A DNA stretch of 64,000 nt from Minisyncoccota bacterium (GTDB lineage Bacteria; Patescibacteriota; Minisyncoccia; Phycocordibacterales; PALSA-1337): NCBI GenBank assembly GCA_041666915.1, contig JBAYFZ010000001.1:137086-201085 (forward strand), written 5' to 3'. The translations under genes were made by a program, and so were the position numbers. Positions 51,225 through 60,638 of the stretch are shown one piece after another. How positions within the stretch are numbered: the stretch's first letter is position 1; every line of letters begins with the position of its first letter. Under the pieces are notes generated by a model that saw only the letters and a program-made list of their open reading frames with translations, was not told where the DNA came from and did no database searches.

Positions 51225-51243
51225 ATATCTAAAGTTTAGATAT
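51225..51243. promoter_or_regulatory. Palindromic operator-like site next to the -35 of the XRE gene
   Basis: atatctaaa-g-tttagatat perfect 9-bp inverted repeat abutting TTGACT on the minus strand. Confidence 0.6.
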
Positions 51244-51269
51244 GGTGGATAACGAAAATAATCTTAGAA

Positions 51270-51680
51270 CTAACTCCCCCAGAACCAGGATATGATTTTC
51301 ATCCAGAAGGAATCAGGCTTTGATGCATGATCGTAATGTAGACTTCGAGCTTCCCTATCACTAATCCTAACTGCCTCAATATCACTCTTTGTCCATTTAG
51401 TCGCCCACATTATCTCGTTCGATCGTACCCAATAATGCGACTGACATGCAAAATTCCAGTTACCAATCGATGGATACAGTGTTGCTTTTCCTTTCTGGAT
51501 ATTAAGACTCCATCCACTGGGCTTCAGAGGTGTCACAACCTTATTTCCACACCCACAACAACATAAGTGACTGCACGTTTGGTATTTATTTGAAATATAA
51601 AGAATGCCTTCCTTCAAGTCAGTTGGGATAAATTCAACAAAATTTGGTTGGATAATTTTAGTCGGTTTCATCTGTGTCAT
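51270..51680 (-). CDS. DUF6527-like Cys/His protein
   Basis: EFIP..L..GILYIS, HLCCCGCG..VVTPL, TLYPSIGNW..CQSHYW. Confidence 0.82.
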   Translation of the reverse strand: MTQMKPTKIIQPNFVEFIPTDLKEGILYISNKYQTCSHLCCCGCGNKVVTPLKPSGWSLNIQKGKATLYPSIGNWNFACQSHYWVRSNEIMWATKWTKSDIEAVRISDREARSLHYDHASKPDSFWMKIISWFWGS

Positions 51681-52848
51681 TTAACAACATATTTCCTCCT
51701 ATCGTGTATGTACTAAAGTTTTCTTTCTTCGTGTCAAAATAGAAGCCACGCATTTTTTTCCATTTAATAACTGCTTGAATTGCATTAAGGGCATTGAGAT
51801 CCGCTACTTGGATATTTTTATCGTACTCATTTGCTCCTTGGTCAGTTGGTACAAACGAGATATGTGACCGCGCATTTTCACGATTACTGGATGTGCTGGA
51901 TGTTGTCCTTAATATTCCACCCAGTTTTTCGTCTTTGGCATAAATACCAATTCCCGTGTCAATGAACGAAATATCCTTCTGTTCCAAGTACTCGACTATG
52001 GTTTTCTTTGCGGGACCTGCATCCATACAAAGAAATACATGCGACATGCCATCTAACTGATCGATATTCGTAGTATCAATCGGCACTGGGTGAGCGATGA
52101 TTCCTTTATGCATACGAGAATAAATCTCTTTAAGATAGTCTACTTTAAACATTTGCCTATGGAGATCGTCTATCGAAGCTGCCCCAGGCGCTCGAAAAGC
52201 GTTGTGTGATGAGAATTTATCACCATCGAATAAATGAATTTCTTTGACTGGTGTTTTAGCGATAAAATCAAGAACATATGAACCGGTACCACCCAGCCCT
52301 ACTATCGCCAGCTTTTCTACTGCGAGTTTTTGAGTAATCATATTTATATCTACCCGAGCAGACGCAGTATCAATATATTGAAAAGGTGAATTGTCGTCTT
52401 CGGGCACCACCACCTGATACGTCTTCGAAGTCGCTGATTGATCAATGACTGAGGCGTGACCCTCTATTATTGCCGCATATGTTTTTATCTTTTCATAGTA
52501 GTTTTCATAGTGGCCGCGAGGAGGCTTACTAGAAAAAGAGTGCCGCGTAGTTATACTCTCGCTTATTCGAACAAGGTCACTGTTATGTTTAATACCCGCA
52601 ATAAGCTGGCCATCACTCGAGCACGGATGATCCCCAACAAATTTGATTGTATGATCGCCTGGACGATTGGTAATGTCCCCATTCAAGTCTAAACTGGTCA
52701 CCAAAATACCGTCACGACAAACCTGACGCTTGTCGTTTACATATGGAATATCCCTGACGATAAGATGTCCAGCATGGATATCTACATTAAAACCTGCGTC
52801 ACGGAGTTTCCGAAGATCGTCATTAAGATCGATTAGTCTGTGTGACAT
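51658..52848 (-). CDS. ThiF/E1-like adenylyltransferase with an extra N-terminal domain (DUF6791-like)
   Basis: AIVGLGGTGS, LFDGDKFSSHNAFR, FLCMD, FIDTG. Confidence 0.88.
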   Translation of the reverse strand: MSHRLIDLNDDLRKLRDAGFNVDIHAGHLIVRDIPYVNDKRQVCRDGILVTSLDLNGDITNRPGDHTIKFVGDHPCSSDGQLIAGIKHNSDLVRISESITTRHSFSSKPPRGHYENYYEKIKTYAAIIEGHASVIDQSATSKTYQVVVPEDDNSPFQYIDTASARVDINMITQKLAVEKLAIVGLGGTGSYVLDFIAKTPVKEIHLFDGDKFSSHNAFRAPGAASIDDLHRQMFKVDYLKEIYSRMHKGIIAHPVPIDTTNIDQLDGMSHVFLCMDAGPAKKTIVEYLEQKDISFIDTGIGIYAKDEKLGGILRTTSSTSSNRENARSHISFVPTDQGANEYDKNIQVADLNALNAIQAVIKWKKMRGFYFDTKKENFSTYTIGGNMLLNDTDETD

Positions 52849-53074
52849 CGAATACGGTACCGTGCTTTTTAACGGTCACTGATCCGCCCGCGGCAAGCGT
52901 ACCCTGATGTGGTTTACTGTGTGCCTTCTCGAAGGTGATTGAGAAGATTGTGTCTGGAGTTGTCGGATGTCCAGGAAAAGCAATCTCAACGACTTGTTCA
53001 AAAGTCACGACATCAGTTGACAACACATGTTCTGTGCCGTTCACTATGATGGTATAATCTTTTTCATGAGCCAT
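52823..53074 (-). CDS. Multiubiquitin-domain (ubiquitin-like) protein
   Basis: IIVNG..VTFEQVVEIAF..SITF..G.L..GGSVTVK.G..FDV. Confidence 0.85.
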   Translation of the reverse strand: MAHEKDYTIIVNGTEHVLSTDVVTFEQVVEIAFPGHPTTPDTIFSITFEKAHSKPHQGTLAAGGSVTVKKHGTVFDVTQTNRS

Positions 53075-53345
53075 AGTTTTGTATTTATCTAGCTTTGTTA
53101 TTATTAATGTTTAAGCCAGATATTACCTGAATATTACACCTATTTATGGCCACTCGTCTACTTATGTTGTATCGCTAAAAAAGTTATCCACAGTTGTGCG
53201 ACAATGTGACTTGCAAGTTTCTATTATACGAAATCAAACAGTTTTAGTTAATAGTTATTAAGTATCTTTGAACGCGTTCGATTGTGATTAAAACTTTGCT
53301 TCGCCGGTTGGCGAATTGCACTTTTCATTGTAAACTGTCTTTATC

Positions 53346-53807
53346 ATGACCCTACACCAAAACATCAAAGAGCAAATAAAAGAAGCTATGCGCGCCAAGG
53401 ACACTGTTCGTCTAGACACTCTCCGAGGTTTGAATGCATTATTTTTGAATGAAATGCTGGCCCAAAAGATCACTACAGAATTTTTGCCAGATGAAAAAGT
53501 TTTAGCTCTCATCAAGAGGAGTGTAAAACAACGTCAAGATTCAATCCGACAATTCGAAATCGGTAAACGTGCAGATTTGGCTGATAAAGAAAAGGCTGAA
53601 CTTGTGATCTTGGAATCATTCTTGCCAGCTGGTGCTACTAAAGAAGAAATAATGGTTGTTGCCAGTAAAGTCATTGAAAACCTCAAGAAACAAGGTTCTT
53701 TTGATGCAAAAGCTATCGGAAAGATCACTGGTCAAGTTATGAAGGAATTGGGTGGCAGAGCAGATGGTAATGATGTTAAGATTGTACTAGAGGGTTTGGT
53801 AAAATAA
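53346..53807 (+). CDS. GatB/YqeY domain protein
   Basis: IKEAMRAKD..RL, KQRQDSI..F..GKR.DL..KE..E, GKI...M..L.GRADG. Confidence 0.93.
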   Translation: MTLHQNIKEQIKEAMRAKDTVRLDTLRGLNALFLNEMLAQKITTEFLPDEKVLALIKRSVKQRQDSIRQFEIGKRADLADKEKAELVILESFLPAGATKEEIMVVASKVIENLKKQGSFDAKAIGKITGQVMKELGGRADGNDVKIVLEGLVK

Positions 53808-53890
53808 GTACTACTATTGACTTTGTCACCGATTTAGCGTATACTGTTATAGTAGTTTTGTACACAACAACTAACCGAAACGGAATCGTT

Positions 53891-54067
53891 ATGAATCATG
53901 CAATAACGCGTACCCAAAGGGATTTTTTGATGGATCTTTTTAATAACATCAGGAAATCGGTCGGAGTAGCTCGTACTGCTCATCCTATGTTGAGTAAATC
54001 GCACCCAACGCCAAGGAAGAAGGAGCAACCTAAGTGGCGTGGATTGCCACCAAGTGATCAAGAATAA
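53891..54067 (+). CDS. Small hypothetical protein
   Basis: 58-aa ORF between a TTGACT..TATACT promoter-like sequence and a terminator hairpin. Confidence 0.45.
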   Translation: MNHAITRTQRDFLMDLFNNIRKSVGVARTAHPMLSKSHPTPRKKEQPKWRGLPPSDQE

Positions 54068-54158
54068 AGTGATCGAGCAAGTTTCAATCAGAAATACCCC
54101 ACTTTTGTACGGGGTATTTTTTTTGTATGTTTTCGGCTAGGTCGGACACGGTCGAATA

Positions 54159-55778
54159 CTATGCCTTTGCGAAAGGTTCTAATTCAACAATAAATGTTGC
54201 ACCCTTCCCTTCTCCAGGAGATTCGGCACGGATGGTACCGTGATGAGCTTCTATCATTTGTTTTGCCACATAAAGTCCCAAGCCAGTACCACGGATGTTT
54301 GTCTTACTTGCATTCTCGGCTCTAGAAAACTTCTGGAACAATCTAGGTAATGTTTCTGGTGCGATGCCCACGCCAGTATCTTTGACCGCGAAGATGAATA
54401 GGTGGCGAGACTTGTCATAAGAAAGTTTGGCGTCAATAGAACCGGAAGGTGTGTATTTGAGTGAGTTATCAATAATGTTGGCAACAACCTGTTTGAGTTT
54501 GTCCCTATCTGCTGTAGTCCTGTAATCTATGCCATGATTTTCGGCTGTGAACGTGAGTTTGACGCCAGTCTTATCAATGTTTGGTTTGAGTTCAGCCACC
54601 ACGTCTTCTATCATCGTCTTTAGATCTATCGTTTCAAATGCGTACTTCATTGCCCCGAGCTCAATACGGCTGAGGTTCAAATAGTCATTAACAATGTTCA
54701 CCAATGTATTCGTGGAATCAAATATTCTCGTAACACCGTTTCTAACCTCTGTAGAAATCTCACCCATATCGCCCTCCAGTATGAGAGATGAATAACCCTT
54801 CATTGCCGTAAGTGGTCCCCGCAACTGATGTGTTGCAAAGGAAACGAATTCGGATTTCTGACGGTCCAATTCCGTCAGACGCGTGTTGGCTTTTTCAAGG
54901 TCGGTTGCGAGAAGTTCGATTTTTTCGCGGTGTTTGACTTCTTGTCGGACGCTTCTTATAAGTAACGAACCGACTATAATAGTAAGAATTAATAGACCTA
55001 TGTTTAATAGACGATCTTGATCTGTCTCTGCAAGTAGTACTCGTACTAAGATAAATATCCACAGACATGCAGTAAACATTTCTGTGGTAATGACCTTGGC
55101 GTTTAGTAGATTATGTTTATAAACTGCGTATAAAAGTACCCAAGCAACAATAAATGCCATGAGAGGACCAATCCAAATATGGGTATAATCATAAGGTGGA
55201 GAGATAAGGTCAAAGTACATGGCTATAAGATAAGGAAGTATTGTACCCAGAAAGATAAATTTTAATTGAATTTTTACCGTATGATCATTACTTTTATTAA
55301 ATGATTTAAATAAATTTGAATAAGCAACAACGAGAGATGCAATAAAATATATAACATATATAGTATAACCAAAAGTATTAACGGTGGCTGATTTAATGCC
55401 ACTTTCTAAAAAGTAAACCGATTGCAATATAAAGTGGGGACTGATCAGTATTCCAAGTGTAATTAACGAAAAAGGTAAATATATGTAGAAACGTTGGGCA
55501 ATCGTTAGGGTGATTTTTTTAGGGAATGTGTATGAGAAATTTAAGAAGAAAAATGGAATTGCTGCTGCTGTAATGTAGTAAAAACGTGTGTAATAAAGAG
55601 CGTATTCTAGGTTATCGGTTAGTCTGAACATCAAAAGCCCAAAAGCCCAGAGACTGATTGATAGTATAAATAAAGAAAAGACTTTATTTGAGGCATTATC
55701 TTCACCCCTAATAATGAACAAGCTTAGACCTGCGGTAATTAGAGAAACAAGTGTAAGAGATATACTAATTATGTCCAT
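54159..55778 (-). CDS. Sensor histidine kinase with N-terminal 7TM-type domain
   Basis: Multi-TM N-terminus; H-box ATHQLRGPL; N-box NIIDNSLKYT; DTGVG, GTGLGL. Confidence 0.95.
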   Translation of the reverse strand: MDIISISLTLVSLITAGLSLFIIRGEDNASNKVFSLFILSISLWAFGLLMFRLTDNLEYALYYTRFYYITAAAIPFFFLNFSYTFPKKITLTIAQRFYIYLPFSLITLGILISPHFILQSVYFLESGIKSATVNTFGYTIYVIYFIASLVVAYSNLFKSFNKSNDHTVKIQLKFIFLGTILPYLIAMYFDLISPPYDYTHIWIGPLMAFIVAWVLLYAVYKHNLLNAKVITTEMFTACLWIFILVRVLLAETDQDRLLNIGLLILTIIVGSLLIRSVRQEVKHREKIELLATDLEKANTRLTELDRQKSEFVSFATHQLRGPLTAMKGYSSLILEGDMGEISTEVRNGVTRIFDSTNTLVNIVNDYLNLSRIELGAMKYAFETIDLKTMIEDVVAELKPNIDKTGVKLTFTAENHGIDYRTTADRDKLKQVVANIIDNSLKYTPSGSIDAKLSYDKSRHLFIFAVKDTGVGIAPETLPRLFQKFSRAENASKTNIRGTGLGLYVAKQMIEAHHGTIRAESPGEGKGATFIVELEPFAKA

Positions 55779-55780
55779 AT

Positions 55781-56683
55781 TTACTTATTTTTTGCTACTG
55801 ATACTACGTGAATTTCTAAAGGCTCGTAATATAACTGGATTTCTCTTTCGTTAAAGCCAGCCTCTAAAAGAAGTCCTCCTAATTCTTCTGCAGAACGATA
55901 AATCATTTTCCAACCAATCACATCGGTTAGAAATTTCTCTTCCTGATTATGACTAATATTTGCTGTTATAAATATTCCTGAACCATTTAGAACATTTTTT
56001 ATATTCCTAAATACAGAAACAGCCTTTTCATCAATAAAATAATCTAGTAATCCAACCATTTCGACAATATCGAACTTGTTATCTTGTACAGATCTAAGAA
56101 ATGTTTCCGCTGTGCCATTAATCCACGTAAGATTGCAATTACTGTTACTTGTTAGATTATGTTCCTCAGAGAGTCTCTTGCTGTATTCTAGAGCCTCAGG
56201 ATTTTTATCAAGAAAAATTATTGAGATTTTTTTATCCATACTATTGGTTTCTACTATAGATTCTATAACGGCCCTTGCAGAGCCAGAAGCAATACTTAAA
56301 ATTGAAATTGGTGTATCTTTTTGTTTAAGGGTCATTAGTGTATTTCTTAGTTCTCTTTTAACAAGCTGCAGTCTATTACGCACAGCTTTTGAATTATTAG
56401 TACCGAACCAAAGTTTATGCATAACTTTTTGTGGCCAACTTTTTGAATGCTTCTTGTGTCCTTTTTTGTATAACAATTCAAGAGCCTTGTGGGTGGTTGC
56501 ATTATCTACAACCTCATCAACAGATTTGTGACTCTTTCTAATTAACGTATTTGACTTTGGTGGCAATATGTTTAAAACTGGGATACATATGCTATTGAAA
56601 AATCTACGCAAATAACCATTTGTCTCGTACGTCAAATCATTATCATGATCAACGATAATATTCATATGAGTATATGATATCAT
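55781..56683 (-). CDS. Class I SAM-dependent methyltransferase, PhcB-like
   Basis: ILSIASGSA, FLDKN, DIVEMVGLLDYF, ITANI, GWKMIYRS. Confidence 0.8.
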   Translation of the reverse strand: MISYTHMNIIVDHDNDLTYETNGYLRRFFNSICIPVLNILPPKSNTLIRKSHKSVDEVVDNATTHKALELLYKKGHKKHSKSWPQKVMHKLWFGTNNSKAVRNRLQLVKRELRNTLMTLKQKDTPISILSIASGSARAVIESIVETNSMDKKISIIFLDKNPEALEYSKRLSEEHNLTSNSNCNLTWINGTAETFLRSVQDNKFDIVEMVGLLDYFIDEKAVSVFRNIKNVLNGSGIFITANISHNQEEKFLTDVIGWKMIYRSAEELGGLLLEAGFNEREIQLYYEPLEIHVVSVAKNK

Positions 56684-56695
56684 AGTGCTAATTAT

Positions 56696-58369
56696 ATGGA
56701 AATTAATATTTATACAACACTTGTTTGGTTTTCAGCAATTTTGATTGGAAGTCTTGATTTGGTTATCTTTCTAGGAAGTAGCAACCCGTCTTCTCGTGCT
56801 TTTACTCATAGTATCTTTTGGGTAACAATATGGATTACGTGTGTAGGTCTTTTTGTTGCAACGTCTAAAGACTACCAAAGTGCAATATTTTTTTCTAGAA
56901 TGACATATTTTCTAGGAAGTACCATTGCGGCTTCATTTTTATACTTCTTCCTAAGTTATCCTGAAGATAGAAAAATTAGTAACTGGATAAAATGGTCGAT
57001 TTTAACTGTTCAGATTATTTTTGCATATCTATTTTTGTTTACAGACACCATAGTATCTAAGTTATTTCCAATTAGTGGTAATAATTTTTTGGGGTGGGGA
57101 TTTGGTCCTTTATCACCTCTATTTGAGATTTTCTTTTTTGGATTTTTTGGAACTGGTATTGTGATTTTATATTACAAATTTAAGAAATGTACAGATTTAA
57201 ATACAAAAGCAAATCTAAAATACATGCTTTGGGTTATTGTTGTCGGTGCAACGCCACCAAGTTTGATGTGTATTATTTTACCAAGATTCGGATACTACGA
57301 TCTTAATTGGCTAGGGCCTGTAACAGAATTGATTTGGATACCAATATTTTCGTATTCCATCATCAAATACCGCCAGATGAACGTAAAGGCCGTAACGGCT
57401 GAAATTTTGGCTATTGCGATGACGGTTATTCTTTTCATTAACATCTTTCTCAATATAACTTCTGACTTATGGCTCAGCGTCATCACTTTTATCGCGTTTA
57501 TCACCCTCGCCTTCTACCTCATCAAAAGTATTCTCCTTGAAACACGTCAGGCTGAATTGCTCAAAGACCTCAACGAAAACCTTGAGGCCAAAGTCGCCGA
57601 ACAAACCCAAGAAATCCGCAAATCTTACGACATGGAAAAGCATGCTCGAAGGGAGTTGGAAAAGCTCAATGAGACAAAGGATCAGTTTATTATGATCACC
57701 CAACATCATTTGCGGGCACCAGTGACGGGTATCAAGTGCCAATTGGAGTCAATACTATCGGGTGAACATGGTGATATTGATTCGAAGTTGCGCGGTTCCA
57801 TCGCAGATGCAAATGCTGGAGCGGTACGATTGACCAAAATAGTGAACGACTTTCTCGCCATAACAGCCATCAAGCCGGGTGGAAATATTTTGAATCTGGC
57901 ATCGGCTAGTTTGAAACCTATGATTGTGGACATTCTCGCGGAACTGTATATAGATATTGAACAAAAGAAATTGATTGTGAATTATCCAGAAGATGAAAAG
58001 AGTTGGCCAATACTCATGGTTGATGCATCCAAGATGCGTGATGCCCTGCTCATCATCATAGAGAATGCAGTACGTTACAACATTCTCGGTGGGCGAATAG
58101 AGATGAAGACGAGTATTTCTGGTGACTCTTTTGAACTTTCTGTGACCGATACTGGCGTGGGTATCAATCCTCTAGACAGAGAAAAGATTTTCGGTAACCT
58201 CTTCCATCGCAGTGAAGTGGCTCGCAAAGCCAATCCTATGGGCATGGGCGTTGGATTATCGGTTGCGAGAGCTATTGTCCGAGCTCATCATGGTGAACTT
58301 GAACTGGTATCAGAGGGTGAAGGGAGAGGAACGAAGGTGGTGGTGAGGGTGAGGGGTGGAGGGTTTTAA
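56696..58369 (+). CDS. Sensor histidine kinase with N-terminal 7TM-type domain
   Basis: Multi-TM N-terminus; H-box TQHHLRAPV; ENAVRYN; DTGVG; GMGVGL. Confidence 0.95.
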   Translation: MEINIYTTLVWFSAILIGSLDLVIFLGSSNPSSRAFTHSIFWVTIWITCVGLFVATSKDYQSAIFFSRMTYFLGSTIAASFLYFFLSYPEDRKISNWIKWSILTVQIIFAYLFLFTDTIVSKLFPISGNNFLGWGFGPLSPLFEIFFFGFFGTGIVILYYKFKKCTDLNTKANLKYMLWVIVVGATPPSLMCIILPRFGYYDLNWLGPVTELIWIPIFSYSIIKYRQMNVKAVTAEILAIAMTVILFINIFLNITSDLWLSVITFIAFITLAFYLIKSILLETRQAELLKDLNENLEAKVAEQTQEIRKSYDMEKHARRELEKLNETKDQFIMITQHHLRAPVTGIKCQLESILSGEHGDIDSKLRGSIADANAGAVRLTKIVNDFLAITAIKPGGNILNLASASLKPMIVDILAELYIDIEQKKLIVNYPEDEKSWPILMVDASKMRDALLIIIENAVRYNILGGRIEMKTSISGDSFELSVTDTGVGINPLDREKIFGNLFHRSEVARKANPMGMGVGLSVARAIVRAHHGELELVSEGEGRGTKVVVRVRGGGF

Positions 58370-58401
58370 AAAGATTGGGTAGATGCCTTTGTAGTTCGTG
58401 T

Positions 58402-58734
58402 TTAATCGAGTTTTTTTCTCAATTCGTCCAGAACTCTACCGTACTTTACTCTCCATTCAGGAACTTTTTTCTTAATTTCTTCGAGCTTTGCAACGTATTC
58501 GGTGGACAGATTGATACCGTACGAATCACATAGAGAAAGTAAACTGAAAAGAACGTCCGCGCATTCTTTTCCAAGTTCAACTTTCTTTGCTTGACCATAC
58601 ATCTCAATTTCAGTCACTTCCTTGGCCACCTCCCCAACTTCTTCGAAGAGACCTAGAGTATTTCCCAAGCGTGGATGTTCGATACCACTCAACAACTCGC
58701 TCTGTTCTTGTTGTATTTCAGATAATGTTTTCAT
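58402..58734 (-). CDS. MazG-like nucleotide pyrophosphohydrolase
   Basis: LFEEVGEVAKE..ECADVL. Confidence 0.88.
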   Translation of the reverse strand: MKTLSEIQQEQSELLSGIEHPRLGNTLGLFEEVGEVAKEVTEIEMYGQAKKVELGKECADVLFSLLSLCDSYGINLSTEYVAKLEEIKKKVPEWRVKYGRVLDELRKKLD

Positions 58735-58831
58735 AATTTTCTTTTATTCTACCACACGCTTGTGTTTCCAGTTATAAAAACAGCCCTATTCCGATAGGAC
58801 TGTGTGGCACGACGGTTGTATATTTCCACTT

Positions 58832-58990
58832 TCATTTGAAAAGATACAATCCGCACAATACCAGAGAAGCAAAAACAAGTAGTATCACGGTAATCTGTTT
58901 TCCTGAATAGGTCGCAGACGGAACGATGATACCCATCTTGCGAGCTCCTTGTCTTTTGTACTCGTCAATCTCATTGGGGTGTGTAAACAT
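58832..58990 (-). CDS. 52-aa small membrane protein not in the ORF track
   Basis: SD aaaggaggtg; MFTHPNEIDEYKRQGARKMGIIVPSATYSGKQITVILLVFASLVLCGLYLFK. Confidence 0.65.
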   Translation of the reverse strand: MFTHPNEIDEYKRQGARKMGIIVPSATYSGKQITVILLVFASLVLCGLYLFK

Positions 58991-59154
58991 AATAACACCT
59001 CCTTTCCTAATAAATATACAATAGTAATTCTCCTAACGCAAGAGAAAATGGTAATATTTCATTATTTCCTCCTCAACAACAATATTCCTCCACCCTCTAC
59101 TTTTTACTTGGCTTCTTGTCGGAATTGAAATCTACTTATTAAGTAAAAACCGAT

Positions 59155-59320
59155 TTATCTTGAAGAGATATTACTTATACCCGCTAATTTACCTATGCTT
59201 TTTATGATTTTATCCAAGCTTGCAAGTAATGATTCCTCGGTTGAATCAATAGTCAAATCAGGATTTAGTGGTACTTCGTATGGCATATCCTTTCCAATTT
59301 TTCCACCTTTTAGGTTAAGG
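59155..59320 (-). pseudogene. Possible adenylyl-sulfate kinase C-terminal remnant
   Basis: GKDMPYEVPLNPDLTIDS..S resembles the CysC C-terminus; no P-loop upstream. Confidence 0.45.
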
Positions 59321-59414
59321 TGTATAACAGAAAAAACAAAATCGAACGCATAAAAATTCCGCACGAAGGTACTCTGGCAGATCTACTTTCTCGTTAACGC
59401 GTGTTACTAACCTG

Positions 59415-60599
59415 TTAAATAACCTTAACGAAAAACCTTTTTCCTTTCTGGACGATATCGTCTTTTTTAAGCACCTTCTTTGGATCGTCCATGACGGCTT
59501 CATTAATCTTGACTCCCTTATGCTCAATGAGACGTCGAGCCTCAGATTTACTTGGAGAAAGTCCGGACTCGACCATAACAGTGATGACATCGTAACTACT
59601 AGGCTTTATTTCGGGCACGACATCGGGGATCTCTTTTTTACTAAACGTATTTACGAAAAATTCTTGGGCCTGCTTGGCCATATTCTCTGAATTGTACATC
59701 CTTACTAATTCATAAGCCAGTCTCATTTTTATATCACGTGGATTTGATTTAGCTTTCAATGCATCAGAATAAGTATTGATGACTTCCGTAGGGACTCGAG
59801 TAGCGAAAGTAAAGTACCTGATGATAAATTCATCTTTCAGAGACATGATTTTTCCAAACATATCATTTGGCGTATCTAACAGATTAACCGTATTACCCCA
59901 ACTCGAACTCATCTTTCTTCCATCAAGACCCTCTAACAATGGATTAGTTATCACATCTTGTGGTTCTTGACCGTATTCACGTTGTAGATCACGACCAGCA
60001 AGTAGATTAAATCTTTGATCTGTACCACCTATCTCAACATCTGCTTTAACCTTAACCGAATCATATCCTTGCATAAGAGGATAAAGTAATTCTCGTAATG
60101 AAACCCTTTTACCGTCATCCAATCTTCTGCGAATATTCTCACGCATGATAAAAGAATTCAACGAAAAGACTCCTGCCTGTCTTCCGATCTCCTGATAAGT
60201 AAGCTTATCAAGCCACTCACTATTGTGATATATCTCTGCCTTTTCCACATCAATTATTTTTGCCGCTTGTTCTATATAGGTTTGGAGATTATTTTGGACT
60301 ATTTCCTTAGACAGCATTGGTCGTTCGCTTTCCTTGTCGGAAGTATCTCCGATAATACCAGTAGAATCACCTATAATGAATACCACTGTATGTCCAAGCT
60401 CCTGAAAATCTTTGAGCTTGAGAAGTGGGATGGATCGCCCAATATGAATATTAGGGCTTGTAGGATCAATACCTAATTTTACACGTAATTTCTTACCGCT
60501 TAGGAGTTTTTTCTCCAAAATATCTTTATCGATCACTTCTTCAACCCCGCGTGTAAGTATATCGGATATTTTTTCCTTATTACTTTCGATATTTATCAT
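59415..60599 (-). CDS. tyrS: Tyrosine--tRNA ligase
   Basis: KLGIDPT, HIGR, YPLMQGYD, GGTDQ, KMSSS, C-terminal S4 domain. Confidence 0.96.
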   Translation of the reverse strand: MINIESNKEKISDILTRGVEEVIDKDILEKKLLSGKKLRVKLGIDPTSPNIHIGRSIPLLKLKDFQELGHTVVFIIGDSTGIIGDTSDKESERPMLSKEIVQNNLQTYIEQAAKIIDVEKAEIYHNSEWLDKLTYQEIGRQAGVFSLNSFIMRENIRRRLDDGKRVSLRELLYPLMQGYDSVKVKADVEIGGTDQRFNLLAGRDLQREYGQEPQDVITNPLLEGLDGRKMSSSWGNTVNLLDTPNDMFGKIMSLKDEFIIRYFTFATRVPTEVINTYSDALKAKSNPRDIKMRLAYELVRMYNSENMAKQAQEFFVNTFSKKEIPDVVPEIKPSSYDVITVMVESGLSPSKSEARRLIEHKGVKINEAVMDDPKKVLKKDDIVQKGKRFFVKVI

Positions 60600-60638
60600 A
60601 TTAATATATTACCATTTATTTAATAAAATGGAACAGTG

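Noticed and set aside
53184-53192. oriC suggested by a perfect DnaA box (TTATCCACA)
   Set aside because: Single box in an accessory island; no box cluster or dnaA/dnaN nearby
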